NCBI GenBank assembly: GCA_052279835.1
Contig: CP181291.1
Coordinates: 1,888,001 to 1,952,000, forward strand
DNA length: 64,000 bases
From: Microcoleus sp.
GTDB lineage: Bacteria > Cyanobacteriota > Cyanobacteriia > Cyanobacteriales > Microcoleaceae
Direction: 5' to 3'
The notes below the pieces were generated by a model. It ran no database searches. It was given only the letters and a program-made list of their open reading frames with translations, and was not told where the DNA came from. The translations under genes were made by a program, and so were the position numbers. Shown here piece after piece: positions 34,975-43,697 of this stretch (position 1 is the first letter of the stretch; every line of letters begins with the position of its first letter).

Positions 34975-35676
34975 GTGTCTATAGTTGCTGAAATTCCGAC
35001 TGTGTGGCTGCAAATTTCCCTCGTAGGGATTTGGTTGGGCTTGATTTTACTGGTGGCTGAAGGGTTAAATCGCTTTACCTCCGTCGATCCAGAAGTTTCC
35101 CGGAAGGTGGTGCACATCGGTACGGGGAATGTGATTTTGTTGGCTTGGTGGCTGGAAATACCTGGTTGGGTGGGAATAACGGCGGGAATTTTAGCCGCTG
35201 CGATCGCCCTAATTTCCTACCAAGTGCCGATTTTACCTAGTCTCAACAGCATAAATCGGCAAAGTTGGGGTACTTTTTTTTATGCTGTTACTATCAGCAT
35301 TCTGGTGGCTTGGTTTTGGCCACTGCAACATCAGGAATATGCTGCTTTGGGCATTTTGGTGATGACTTGGGGGGACGGATTGGCGGCTGTCATCGGGCAA
35401 AAATACGGCCAGCATATTTATCGAGTTTGGGGAATGAAGAAAAGTTGGGAAGGTTCTGCAACTATGTATGTGGTAAGTTTTGCTGTCAGTAGTTTAATTT
35501 TGCTGGCGGTGCAAGGTAATGTTTGGCAAACTTGGGCGGTATCTGCGGTTGTGGCTGTAGTTGCTGCTAGTTTGGAGTCGGTTTCTAAGTGGGGAGTGGA
35601 CAATTTGACAGTGCCGCTAGGGAGTGCGGCGATCGCCTTTTTCCTAAATCAGTTTTGGGTAATTGGTAATTTGTAA
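34975..35676 (+). CDS. Phytol kinase / polyprenol kinase family membrane protein
   Basis: SRKVVHIG, WGDG.AA..G, KSWEGS and DNLTVP motifs. Confidence 0.85.
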   Translation: MSIVAEIPTVWLQISLVGIWLGLILLVAEGLNRFTSVDPEVSRKVVHIGTGNVILLAWWLEIPGWVGITAGILAAAIALISYQVPILPSLNSINRQSWGTFFYAVTISILVAWFWPLQHQEYAALGILVMTWGDGLAAVIGQKYGQHIYRVWGMKKSWEGSATMYVVSFAVSSLILLAVQGNVWQTWAVSAVVAVVAASLESVSKWGVDNLTVPLGSAAIAFFLNQFWVIGNL

Positions 35677-36106
35677 TTAATCATTACTTAGAACCCCGAA
35701 TTTTTACATAATTCGGGGTTCTGGATGTATTGATTAAAAATTACCGTTGTTGTTGGAGTTGTTTGAGGCGATCGCCTATCTGCCGTTACACAGAGGGTTT
35801 TTGCCGATCGCGAGGGAAATTCCCTAAATGATCGTTGATTATTCCCGCTTAGAGCTTTTGGAAGACTTACCCTCAAAAGGTTGAACTCCAGTATTGGGAT
35901 AGTTGTCATCGCTGGGGCTAAAAAGTCGCAAAGCTGCTTCCGAAACGTAACGCATTGCGTTTGTCAAAGACTTAGAAAGATTCATAAAATTCGCCTCTCT
36001 CGTCTGGGTTCTGATACTTTATACATTACTCTGATTTTTTGCCTGGGGATTGCTTTAGCAATATTTATTTGAATTACTTATTAGTCCGCAACTATTGCAG
36101 CAAGCT

Positions 36107-36378
36107 GAAGGAAGAAGAACCCCCCCCAGCCCCCCCCAAGGGGGGAAGGAAGAAGTCGCCTCCTTGGGCGGAAGGAAGAAGAACCCCCCCCAGCCCCCCC
36201 CAAGGGGGGAAGGAAGAAGTCGCCTCCTTGGGCGGAAGGAAGAAGAACCCCCCCCAGCCCCCCCCAAGGGGGGAAGGAAGAAGTCGCCTCCTTGGGCGGA
36301 AGGAAGAAGAACCCCCCCAGCCCCCCCCCCAAGGAGGGAAGGAAGAAGCCCCCCCAAGGGGGGAAGGAAGAAGTCGCC
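36107..36378. repeat. 64-bp tandem repeat (3 copies plus 1 variant) with CCCCCCAAGGGGGG hairpins
   Basis: Units start at 36107, 36171, 36235 and 36299. Confidence 0.92.
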
Positions 36379-36557
36379 ATCCCAGTTTTTTGGTCAAAAA
36401 CCCGGTTGCTGGGCTCTCATTGACAAACTGCTGGATAATTTTTATTAATCTTACCATAACACTCATCGGTCAATCCACAGGCAATTAGGCATCACAGAGT
36501 TATAAAAAGGAAATTTTCAGATATAAATTTAAAATCTTAATCAAAAATTTATATAAA

Positions 36558-36578
36558 ATATGGTGTGAGTCACTATAA
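36558..36578 (+). promoter_or_regulatory. Candidate NrtR operator
   Basis: ATATGGTGTGAGTCACTATAA: 21-bp imperfect palindrome with a GT-N7-AC core, 30 bp upstream of pncB in an nrtR-containing operon. Confidence 0.7.
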
Positions 36579-36608
36579 TTAACCAAAGGAGTTTGCCGGG
36601 GTTCTACC

Positions 36609-38021
36609 ATGAAAACTGCCACAGAAAGCTTGCAGCATCAAAGTTTTGACCAAATCCAAGAAGACCAAGAACTGTGTCTTTCCTCTGAAGATTACAGCTT
36701 ATTGACCGACCTCTACCAGCTAACGATGACGGCTTGTTACGTCGGGGAAGGGATCGACGGGCGAGTCGCGAGTTTTGAATTATTCGCGCGGCGCTTACCA
36801 GAAGGTTTTGGCTATGCGATCGCCATGGGCTTGGCTCAAGTTCTCGATTATCTGGAGAAATTTCAGTTTTCAGCCTCGCAAATAGCGGGTTTGCAGTCCA
36901 CTGGGATTTTTGCTGATGCCCCCGATCGATTCTGGACTCTACTCGCCACAGCCCGCTTTACTGGCGATGTCTGGGCGGTGGCGGAGGGGACGGCGGTATT
37001 TGCCAATGAGCCACTGCTACGAATCGAGGCTCCTCTGTGGCAGGCTCAGTTGGTGGAAACTTATTTGCTCAATGTCATAAATTATCAAACTTTGATTGCG
37101 ACGCGATCGGCCAGATTGCGCGATGTGGCTGGCCCTGATGCTAAGTTGCTGGAATTTGGGACGCGCAGGGCTTTTGGCCCTCAAGCTGCTGTGTGGGCGG
37201 CTAGGGCGGCTCTGGCTGCGGGGATTGATGGGACTTCTAATGTTTTGGCTGCTTTGAGGTTGGGGCGCAAACCAGTCGGTACAATGGCTCATGCTTTGGT
37301 GATGGCTGTCAGTGCTCTCGAAGGTAGTGAAGAGCAGGCGTTTACGGCGTTTCACCGCTATTTTCCCGGTGCGCCGTTGTTAATCGATACCTATGATACT
37401 GTGGCGGCGGCGCGCTTGTTGGCCGATCGCGTCAACAGCGGTGAAATAGTGTTGGAAGGTGTGCGGCTGGATTCTGGGGATTTGGTGAAATTGTCGCGGG
37501 AAGTGCGATCGATCCTGCCGGGAGTTCCGATTATTGCCAGCGGCGATTTGGACGAGGTGGAAATTGGTAAATTAAAAAATGCCGGTGCTTGCATTGACGG
37601 GTACGGTTTGGGAACGAAGTTGGTGAGCGGTTCCCCTGTCAATGGTGTTTATAAATTGGTGGAAATTGACGGAATTCCAGTGATGAAGGAGGCAAGTGGC
37701 AAAGTGACATATCCGGGACGGAAGCAAATTTTTAGACAGATTAAAGATGGGCAAATTATCGGAGATTGTTTGGGATTGTCTGAGGAAAAACCTCAGAATT
37801 ATGATACTTCCATAACATTAATGAAGTTGGTTGTCAAGGAAGGAAAACGATTGTATGGTCAAGATAGTTTAGAGGCGATCGCGAAACGCACTGCGGCTTC
37901 TGTCGCCAGTCTGCCCGCTGCAACTCGCCAACTAAATAACCCGATTTCGCCACCTGTAGAAATTTCTACAGATTTGCAAAATCTCACCAATCAAACACGA
38001 CAAATAACAAATAACAAATAA
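36609..38021 (+). CDS. pncB: Nicotinate phosphoribosyltransferase
   Basis: LLTDLYQLTM, EFGTRRA, GTMAH, LIDTYD and GVRLDSGD motifs. Confidence 0.95.
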   Translation: MKTATESLQHQSFDQIQEDQELCLSSEDYSLLTDLYQLTMTACYVGEGIDGRVASFELFARRLPEGFGYAIAMGLAQVLDYLEKFQFSASQIAGLQSTGIFADAPDRFWTLLATARFTGDVWAVAEGTAVFANEPLLRIEAPLWQAQLVETYLLNVINYQTLIATRSARLRDVAGPDAKLLEFGTRRAFGPQAAVWAARAALAAGIDGTSNVLAALRLGRKPVGTMAHALVMAVSALEGSEEQAFTAFHRYFPGAPLLIDTYDTVAAARLLADRVNSGEIVLEGVRLDSGDLVKLSREVRSILPGVPIIASGDLDEVEIGKLKNAGACIDGYGLGTKLVSGSPVNGVYKLVEIDGIPVMKEASGKVTYPGRKQIFRQIKDGQIIGDCLGLSEEKPQNYDTSITLMKLVVKEGKRLYGQDSLEAIAKRTAASVASLPAATRQLNNPISPPVEISTDLQNLTNQTRQITNNK

Positions 38022-38088
38022 CCAATCCCCAATTCCCAAATCCCCATTCCCCAATTCCCAAATCCCCATTCCCCATTCCCCATTCCCA
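38000..38088. repeat. Heptamer/hexamer tandem repeats (ACAAATA; CCCAATT/CCCATT)
   Basis: Visible STRR-like run spanning the pncB stop and the intergenic gap. Confidence 0.85.
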
Positions 38089-38089
38089 A

Positions 38090-38689
38090 ATGAAAAGAAT
38101 TGCCTTATTTGGAACCAGCGCCGATCCGCCTACTGCCGGACACAAAACTATCCTGAATTGGCTGGCTCAGCATTTTGACTGGGTAGCAGTTTGGGCATCG
38201 GACAATCCTTTTAAATCTCACCAAACTTCTCTGGAACATCGATCGGCAATGCTGCTGTTAATGATTCAAGAAATTAATTCGCCCCAGCAAAATCTTTGTT
38301 TATATCCAGAACTCAGCAGTCCAAGGACGCTAGAAACTGTAGCACGGGCAAAATCAATGTGGGGAAATGCCGAGTTTACCCTAGTAATAGGTTCAGATTT
38401 AGTGGAACAATTGCCTCGCTGGTATCAAGTTGAAGATTTGTTAAAACAAGTGCAATTGCTAGTAGTCCCACGACCTAATTATCCACCACAAGAGTTAGAT
38501 TTGTGGCAGTTGAGACGAAGGGGTGCGGATGTGGCGATCGCCTGTTTGAATGCTCCCGATGTTTCTTCAACATCCTATCGGGAAACAGGAGACACCCAAG
38601 CCCTGACTCCGACCATCGAAGATTACATTAATAGGGAGAATTTATACGCATGGCACGAGGCACAAAAAAGAGCGAAGGTTGCTCGTTAG
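38090..38689 (+). CDS. nadD: Nicotinate-nucleotide adenylyltransferase
   Basis: FGTSADPPTAGH (cyanobacterial HxGH variant), IGSDL and SSTSYR. Confidence 0.93.
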   Translation: MKRIALFGTSADPPTAGHKTILNWLAQHFDWVAVWASDNPFKSHQTSLEHRSAMLLLMIQEINSPQQNLCLYPELSSPRTLETVARAKSMWGNAEFTLVIGSDLVEQLPRWYQVEDLLKQVQLLVVPRPNYPPQELDLWQLRRRGADVAIACLNAPDVSSTSYRETGDTQALTPTIEDYINRENLYAWHEAQKRAKVAR

Positions 38690-39399
38690 CTGACTTTAAA
38701 GTCGGAGTAGATAATGTGATTTTCTCAGTCGATACTTTGCAGAACCGCTTATTGGTGCTGTTATTAATGCGCCATGACGAACCGTTTATCGATTTTTGGA
38801 GTCTTCCAGGTACTTTGGTCCGCCACGGAGAATCTCTGGAGAATGCAGCTTATCGGATTTTGTCGGAAAAAATTCGGGTGAAAAACTTGTATTTGGAGCA
38901 ATTGTATACTTTTGGACAACCGGGGCGCGACCCCAGGGAATTCACCAGAGGCGATCGTTATCTTTCTGTCAGTTACTTTGCTTTAGTTCGGTTGGAAGAA
39001 GCTGAATTAATTGCTGGGAGTGTGGTTGCTGGTGCCGGGCACCGTGTCAGTGGCATTGCTTGGTATCCTGTGGAACAAGTTCCTAAATTGGCTTTCGATC
39101 ACAATCAAATTCTCGAATACGGATATCGGCGCTTGCGGAATAAACTGGAATATAGTCCCGTGGCTTTTGAAGTCTTGCCCGAACTTTTCACTTTAAGCGA
39201 TTTGTATCAACTTTACACTACTATTTTGGGGGACAGTTTTTCAGATTATTCTAATTTTCGGGCCCGATTATTGAAACTGGGTTTTCTCTGCGATACCGGT
39301 GTAAAAGTTTCGCGGGGTGCCGGTCGTCCTGCGAGTTTGTATCGCTTCGATCCGGCAGCTTTTGCCCCTTTAAAGGATAAACCTCTGGTGTTTATTTAA
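38650..39399 (+). CDS. nrtR: Nudix-related transcriptional regulator NrtR
   Basis: Degenerate Nudix box, LEQLYTF..RDPR, LAFDH and winged-helix NFR..GRPA.LY. Confidence 0.9.
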   Translation: MARGTKKSEGCSLADFKVGVDNVIFSVDTLQNRLLVLLLMRHDEPFIDFWSLPGTLVRHGESLENAAYRILSEKIRVKNLYLEQLYTFGQPGRDPREFTRGDRYLSVSYFALVRLEEAELIAGSVVAGAGHRVSGIAWYPVEQVPKLAFDHNQILEYGYRRLRNKLEYSPVAFEVLPELFTLSDLYQLYTTILGDSFSDYSNFRARLLKLGFLCDTGVKVSRGAGRPASLYRFDPAAFAPLKDKPLVFI

Positions 39400-39469
39400 T
39401 TGTTTACAGGATGACATTAGATGAGAACTTTAGTAAGATGACAGTAGAAAAAATTCAGGAGTACAGGCG

Positions 39470-39766
39470 ATGAAAGCCCCAGATGAGTGCGCGAATATTC
39501 TGGAAGTTCGTGAAGAAATCGATCTAATCGATCGGGAAGTCATCGATGCTTTGAGCAAGAGATTTGAATACGTCATTGCGGCGGCTAGGTTCAAAACCAG
39601 TGAAGCTAGTGTGAAAGCGCCCGATCGCTTTTCTGCTATGTTACAACAGCGGCGTGAATGGGCCCAGGAAGCTGGTTTGAATGCTGATGTGGTGGAAAAG
39701 CTCTACCGGGATTTGGTAAATCATTTCATTGAAGAAGAGATGAAGCATTACAAGTCTGATTCGTGA
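39470..39766 (+). CDS. pchB: Isochorismate-pyruvate lyase / AroQ chorismate mutase family protein
   Basis: MK.P.EC..I.E.R.EID.IDR..I..L..R..YV.AA.RFK, PchB-like. Confidence 0.8.
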   Translation: MKAPDECANILEVREEIDLIDREVIDALSKRFEYVIAAARFKTSEASVKAPDRFSAMLQQRREWAQEAGLNADVVEKLYRDLVNHFIEEEMKHYKSDS

Positions 39767-39818
39767 GTAATCCTTCTTCCTTCTTTCTTCTTCCTTCTAG
39801 ATTAGGTAATTTGGTAAT

Positions 39819-41642
39819 ATGAAAATTGCGATCGCACAACTAAATCCTACTATTGGTGATATTTTTGGCAATGCCAACTTGATTCTGGAATCTGCAAAAA
39901 AGGCTGCGGGTGAAGGAGCAAATCTATTGCTAACACCGGAACTTTCCCTGATAGGTTATCCACCACGGGATTTATTGATGAACCCTAGTTTTATTGCCGC
40001 GGCTGGGGATAAGTTGCAGCAATTAGCCCAGGATTTGCCAGGGGAGTTGGCAGTGATAGTCGGCACTGCTATCCCCAATCCTAACGCTGTGAAAGCAGGC
40101 GGAAAATCCTTGTTTAACTGTGCTGTTTTGTTGGCAAATGGTAGCATCCAAAAAATTTTTAATAAACGTTTGTTGCCTACCTATGATGTATTTGATGAAG
40201 ATAGGTATTTTGAACCGGGAACCCAAAGCGATTTTTTTAAATTAAGTAAGATTAAAATTGGGATTACAGTCTGCGAGGATGTGTGGAATAATGAGGAATT
40301 TTGGGGCAAACGCAGTTACGCCGGTGAACCTTTTTTGGATTTGGTCAAAGCTGGTGTGGATTTAGTTTTGAATTTGTCGGCATCGCCTTATGCTGCCGGA
40401 AAGCGGGGAGTGCGATCGTCTATGTTGCAACATAGCGTAATTCGCTCAGGTATACCCATTGTTTACGCTAATCAGGTGGGGGGAAATGATGATATTATTT
40501 TTGATGGTAGCAGTTTTTGTATCAACAGAAACGGTGAATTAATTCAGGTACTAGCTTCTTTTGAAACGGATTTTGGGGTGATTGAATATGACGAAGCTAA
40601 ACGGGATTTAGTTGACATTGCCTCGCAAAATTCTACAGAATTTAAGGGCGCACCTTTAAGTTTTTCTCCGCAGGTTGGGGATGCAGAAATTTGGGCTGCT
40701 TTGGTTTTAGGGGTACGAGATTATGTTCGTAAGTGTGGTTTTTCTAAGGTTGTATTGGGCTTGAGTGGGGGGATTGATTCGGCTTTGGTGGCTGCGATTG
40801 CTAGTTATGCGATCGGACCCCAAAATGTGTTGGCCGTTCTCATGCCTTCTCCCTATAGTTCCGATCATTCGGTGAATGATGCTTTGGAATTAGCTAAAAA
40901 TTTGGGCATTGGGATGGAAATGTTGCCCATCGCTGATTTGATGAAAGCTTACGATCGCACTTTAGCTAATTTGTTTGCCGATACCCCTTTTGGCATTGCT
41001 GAGGAAAATATTCAATCCCGAATTCGCGGCAATCTGTTGATGGCAATTTCTAATAAATTCGGCCATTTGCTGCTTTCTACTGGTAATAAATCGGAAATGG
41101 CGGTGGGTTACTGTACTCTCTATGGCGATATGAATGGCGGATTGGCGGTGATTTCTGATGTGCCCAAAACTCGCGTTTATTCCCTTTGTCAGTGGCTGAA
41201 TGCTGGGGGAATTGGGAAGGGGAAAGATGAGGCGGAGCCTCTAGATCTGCGTTCCCAGGCTCTGCCTGGGAACGAGTCTGTAGGGGCGGTGCCCCCGTGC
41301 CCGCCCTCTCCGTCCCCGTCCCCGCCCCTTGGCCGGGAGATAATTCCTGGTAATATTATTAGTAAACCGCCTAGTGCTGAACTGAAACCGGGGCAAATTG
41401 ACCAAGATTCTTTGCCTGCTTATGATATTTTGGATGACATCTTGGAGCGATGGATCGAAAATCACGAATCTGTTAAACAAATTGTGGCGGCGGGACACGA
41501 TGAAGCGGTGGTGGCGCGTATACTAAAATTAGTGAGACAGGCGGAATTTAAACGGCGACAAGCGCCTCCGGGTTTGAAAATTAGCGATCGCGCTTTTGGT
41601 ACTGGTTGGCGAATGCCCATCGCTAAAGCTTCCTTTTATTAA
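39819..41642 (+). CDS. nadE: Glutamine-dependent NAD+ synthetase
   Basis: Nitrilase domain (PEL, K.LLP.Y..FDE, CED) plus GLSGGIDS and TGNKSE..GY.TLYGD. Confidence 0.96.
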   Translation: MKIAIAQLNPTIGDIFGNANLILESAKKAAGEGANLLLTPELSLIGYPPRDLLMNPSFIAAAGDKLQQLAQDLPGELAVIVGTAIPNPNAVKAGGKSLFNCAVLLANGSIQKIFNKRLLPTYDVFDEDRYFEPGTQSDFFKLSKIKIGITVCEDVWNNEEFWGKRSYAGEPFLDLVKAGVDLVLNLSASPYAAGKRGVRSSMLQHSVIRSGIPIVYANQVGGNDDIIFDGSSFCINRNGELIQVLASFETDFGVIEYDEAKRDLVDIASQNSTEFKGAPLSFSPQVGDAEIWAALVLGVRDYVRKCGFSKVVLGLSGGIDSALVAAIASYAIGPQNVLAVLMPSPYSSDHSVNDALELAKNLGIGMEMLPIADLMKAYDRTLANLFADTPFGIAEENIQSRIRGNLLMAISNKFGHLLLSTGNKSEMAVGYCTLYGDMNGGLAVISDVPKTRVYSLCQWLNAGGIGKGKDEAEPLDLRSQALPGNESVGAVPPCPPSPSPSPPLGREIIPGNIISKPPSAELKPGQIDQDSLPAYDILDDILERWIENHESVKQIVAAGHDEAVVARILKLVRQAEFKRRQAPPGLKISDRAFGTGWRMPIAKASFY

Positions 41643-41649
41643 ATAGAAA

Positions 41650-42579
41650 ATGGCTAATATCGAAGGTACTTTCGGCTTTGATTTTCTGCTGGGAAGTCCC
41701 AACAGCGATCTGATTAGAGGATTGGCGGGTAATGACACAATTCAAGGTTTAGGCGGGAATGACCTGCTTTTTGGCGATCGGGAAAATGATTGGCTCGCCG
41801 GAAATGAAGGCGCTGATACCATCGCTGGAGGGCAGGGAACCGATACAATCTATGGAGGACAAGGAGATGATGTAATTAATGGCGATCGGGGCCAAGATTT
41901 GTTAATCGGTGGTGAAGGCAAAGATATTTTGACAGGTGGTGTGGGGGATGATTTATTTGTGATGGAAATAACCGCTGCTCCATCGAGTCGAGATGGAGCC
42001 GATTTAATTACCGATTTTGGCAACGGAAATGATAAAATTGTCTTGACAGATGGCATGAAGTTTAGCGACTTAGATATCTCTATTTCCGATAACCAAACTG
42101 TGATGAAAAATAAAAATACTGGCCAATATTTAGGAGTTTTTACGGAAATAGTTAATTTATCACAATCCAACTTTATATCGCTGTTTGGGGGGATTGATGT
42201 GGGTCAGATTTTGCCAATTTCTGTTAATACTAACATCGGCGATCGCGCGATCGGATTGGAAGTGGCCCAAACTCCCCAAGAACAACAAATTGGTCTGATG
42301 TTTCGCACAGAATTGCCGGAAGACAGGGGAATGTTGTTCCCCATTGAACCCGCGCGAAATGTACGTTTTTGGATGAAAAATGTATTTATTGAACTGGATA
42401 TGATTTTTTTGCGGGGAGGGGTAGTGCAGGCGATAATTCCGAATGTGCCTCCCTGTTTAACTGAAAACTGCCCCAACTACGGCCCGGATGTTCCTGTGGA
42501 TGCAGTGATGGAACTCCGAGGAGGAAGGGCAGCCCAATTAGGGTTGAAAGTGGGCGATCGTCTTCCGAATCTACCCTAA
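41650..42579 (+). CDS. RTX/hemolysin-type Ca-binding repeat protein fused to DUF192
   Basis: GGxGxD nonapeptide repeats, then EVA.T..Q..GLMFR..GMLF..FWMKN...LD.IF. Confidence 0.85.
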   Translation: MANIEGTFGFDFLLGSPNSDLIRGLAGNDTIQGLGGNDLLFGDRENDWLAGNEGADTIAGGQGTDTIYGGQGDDVINGDRGQDLLIGGEGKDILTGGVGDDLFVMEITAAPSSRDGADLITDFGNGNDKIVLTDGMKFSDLDISISDNQTVMKNKNTGQYLGVFTEIVNLSQSNFISLFGGIDVGQILPISVNTNIGDRAIGLEVAQTPQEQQIGLMFRTELPEDRGMLFPIEPARNVRFWMKNVFIELDMIFLRGGVVQAIIPNVPPCLTENCPNYGPDVPVDAVMELRGGRAAQLGLKVGDRLPNLP

Positions 42580-42624
42580 ATAAATATCGACAATCACCTG
42601 ACGGTGCAACCAGAATTCATATAA

Positions 42625-43329
42625 TTAGTCGATCGCATCAACCGCTCTTTCAGCAGCTCGCTGAGTTCTATCAATATCTCGGTTCACTTTAGAGCTAACC
42701 TTGTCCGAGACATCATCAGCGTTAGACTTTACAGTCTCCACAGCATCTTTGACATTTTCCTTGCCTTGTTTGAGGTTATATTGGAGCGCATCCTTACCCT
42801 CTGCTACTCTATCTTTTGCCCCTTCAGTGGCCTCTTTAACCACTTCTTTTGCTCCCTTCACACCTTCGCGAGTATTTTCTTTAAGATTACCCATGTTTTT
42901 TTGGGTGTTTTTTCCAAACTCATCTAAATTCTTCTGACCACTGCGAACATCGTCATTCAATTTATTGCCAATTTCCTTGAGTTTATCCGGCGCTTCATCG
43001 GCCACCCGTCGGACATTTTCACCCACATTGTTGCTAGCTTTAGTATCGATTCGGCGCTGTGCTTCATCCTTCAGCATCTTGGCTTTTGCTTCTACTTTTG
43101 TCATGTTGGCATTTCTGGGATCGACATCGCTATATTGGTTCTGCCCACCTTTATATTCAGAAGTTACAGCCTCGGAAGGAACTTCTTCTCTAAGTTTGTC
43201 AGCAGTCTTTCCTGCAATCACATCCGTGCCGCTACAAGCAGTGCTAACGAACACTAAAAAGCCCGCCATAAACACTGTTAACAACTGTCCCAATCGAATT
43301 TTTTTGATAAACGCAGTTAGTCTGTTCAT
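42625..43329 (-). CDS. LEA-like hydrophilic lipoprotein
   Basis: Lipobox-like STAC after a hydrophobic segment; long K/E/D/A-rich amphipathic repeats. Confidence 0.72.
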   Translation of the reverse strand: MNRLTAFIKKIRLGQLLTVFMAGFLVFVSTACSGTDVIAGKTADKLREEVPSEAVTSEYKGGQNQYSDVDPRNANMTKVEAKAKMLKDEAQRRIDTKASNNVGENVRRVADEAPDKLKEIGNKLNDDVRSGQKNLDEFGKNTQKNMGNLKENTREGVKGAKEVVKEATEGAKDRVAEGKDALQYNLKQGKENVKDAVETVKSNADDVSDKVSSKVNRDIDRTQRAAERAVDAID

Positions 43330-43491
43330 AAAAAATGCTCCTTGCATACTATGGTTGATGTATTGAAATGTCTGTGGTTTGGTAAATGGCTAGCATTACA
43401 AAATCAGGAATTTCAATACTCTTTCAGCATACGAATAAAAATAGGACTTGTTTATCTATCTCAAGTTACATTTCTCAAGTGTTTAGTGGGC

Positions 43492-43694
43492 GAAGGAAGA
43501 AGGAAGAAGGAAGAAGACCCCCCCCTGCCCCCCCCAAGGGGGGAAGGAATAAGGAAGCAGAAGCCCCCCAAGGGGGGAAGGAATAAGGAAGAAGGAAGAA
43601 GAACCCCCCCTGCCCCAGCCCCCCCCAAGGGGGGAAGGAAGAAGGAAGAAGGAAGAATATTTATAACCAATAACCAATAACCAATAACCAATAA
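43492..43694. repeat. Degenerate array of the CCCCCCAAGGGGGG/GAAGGAA unit followed by (TAACCAA)n
   Basis: Same building blocks as the 36107..36378 array. Confidence 0.85.
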
Positions 43695-43697
43695 CAT

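Noticed and set aside
35688..35909. 73-aa minus-strand ORF
   Set aside because: No recognisable family, and it ends within a palindromic repeat (35691-35721); cannot be supported.
36039..36488. CRISPR array or Pro/Gly-rich ORFs in the 64-bp repeat
   Set aside because: Units are identical with no unique spacers and no cas genes nearby; the ORFs are open in several frames only because the repeat lacks stops.
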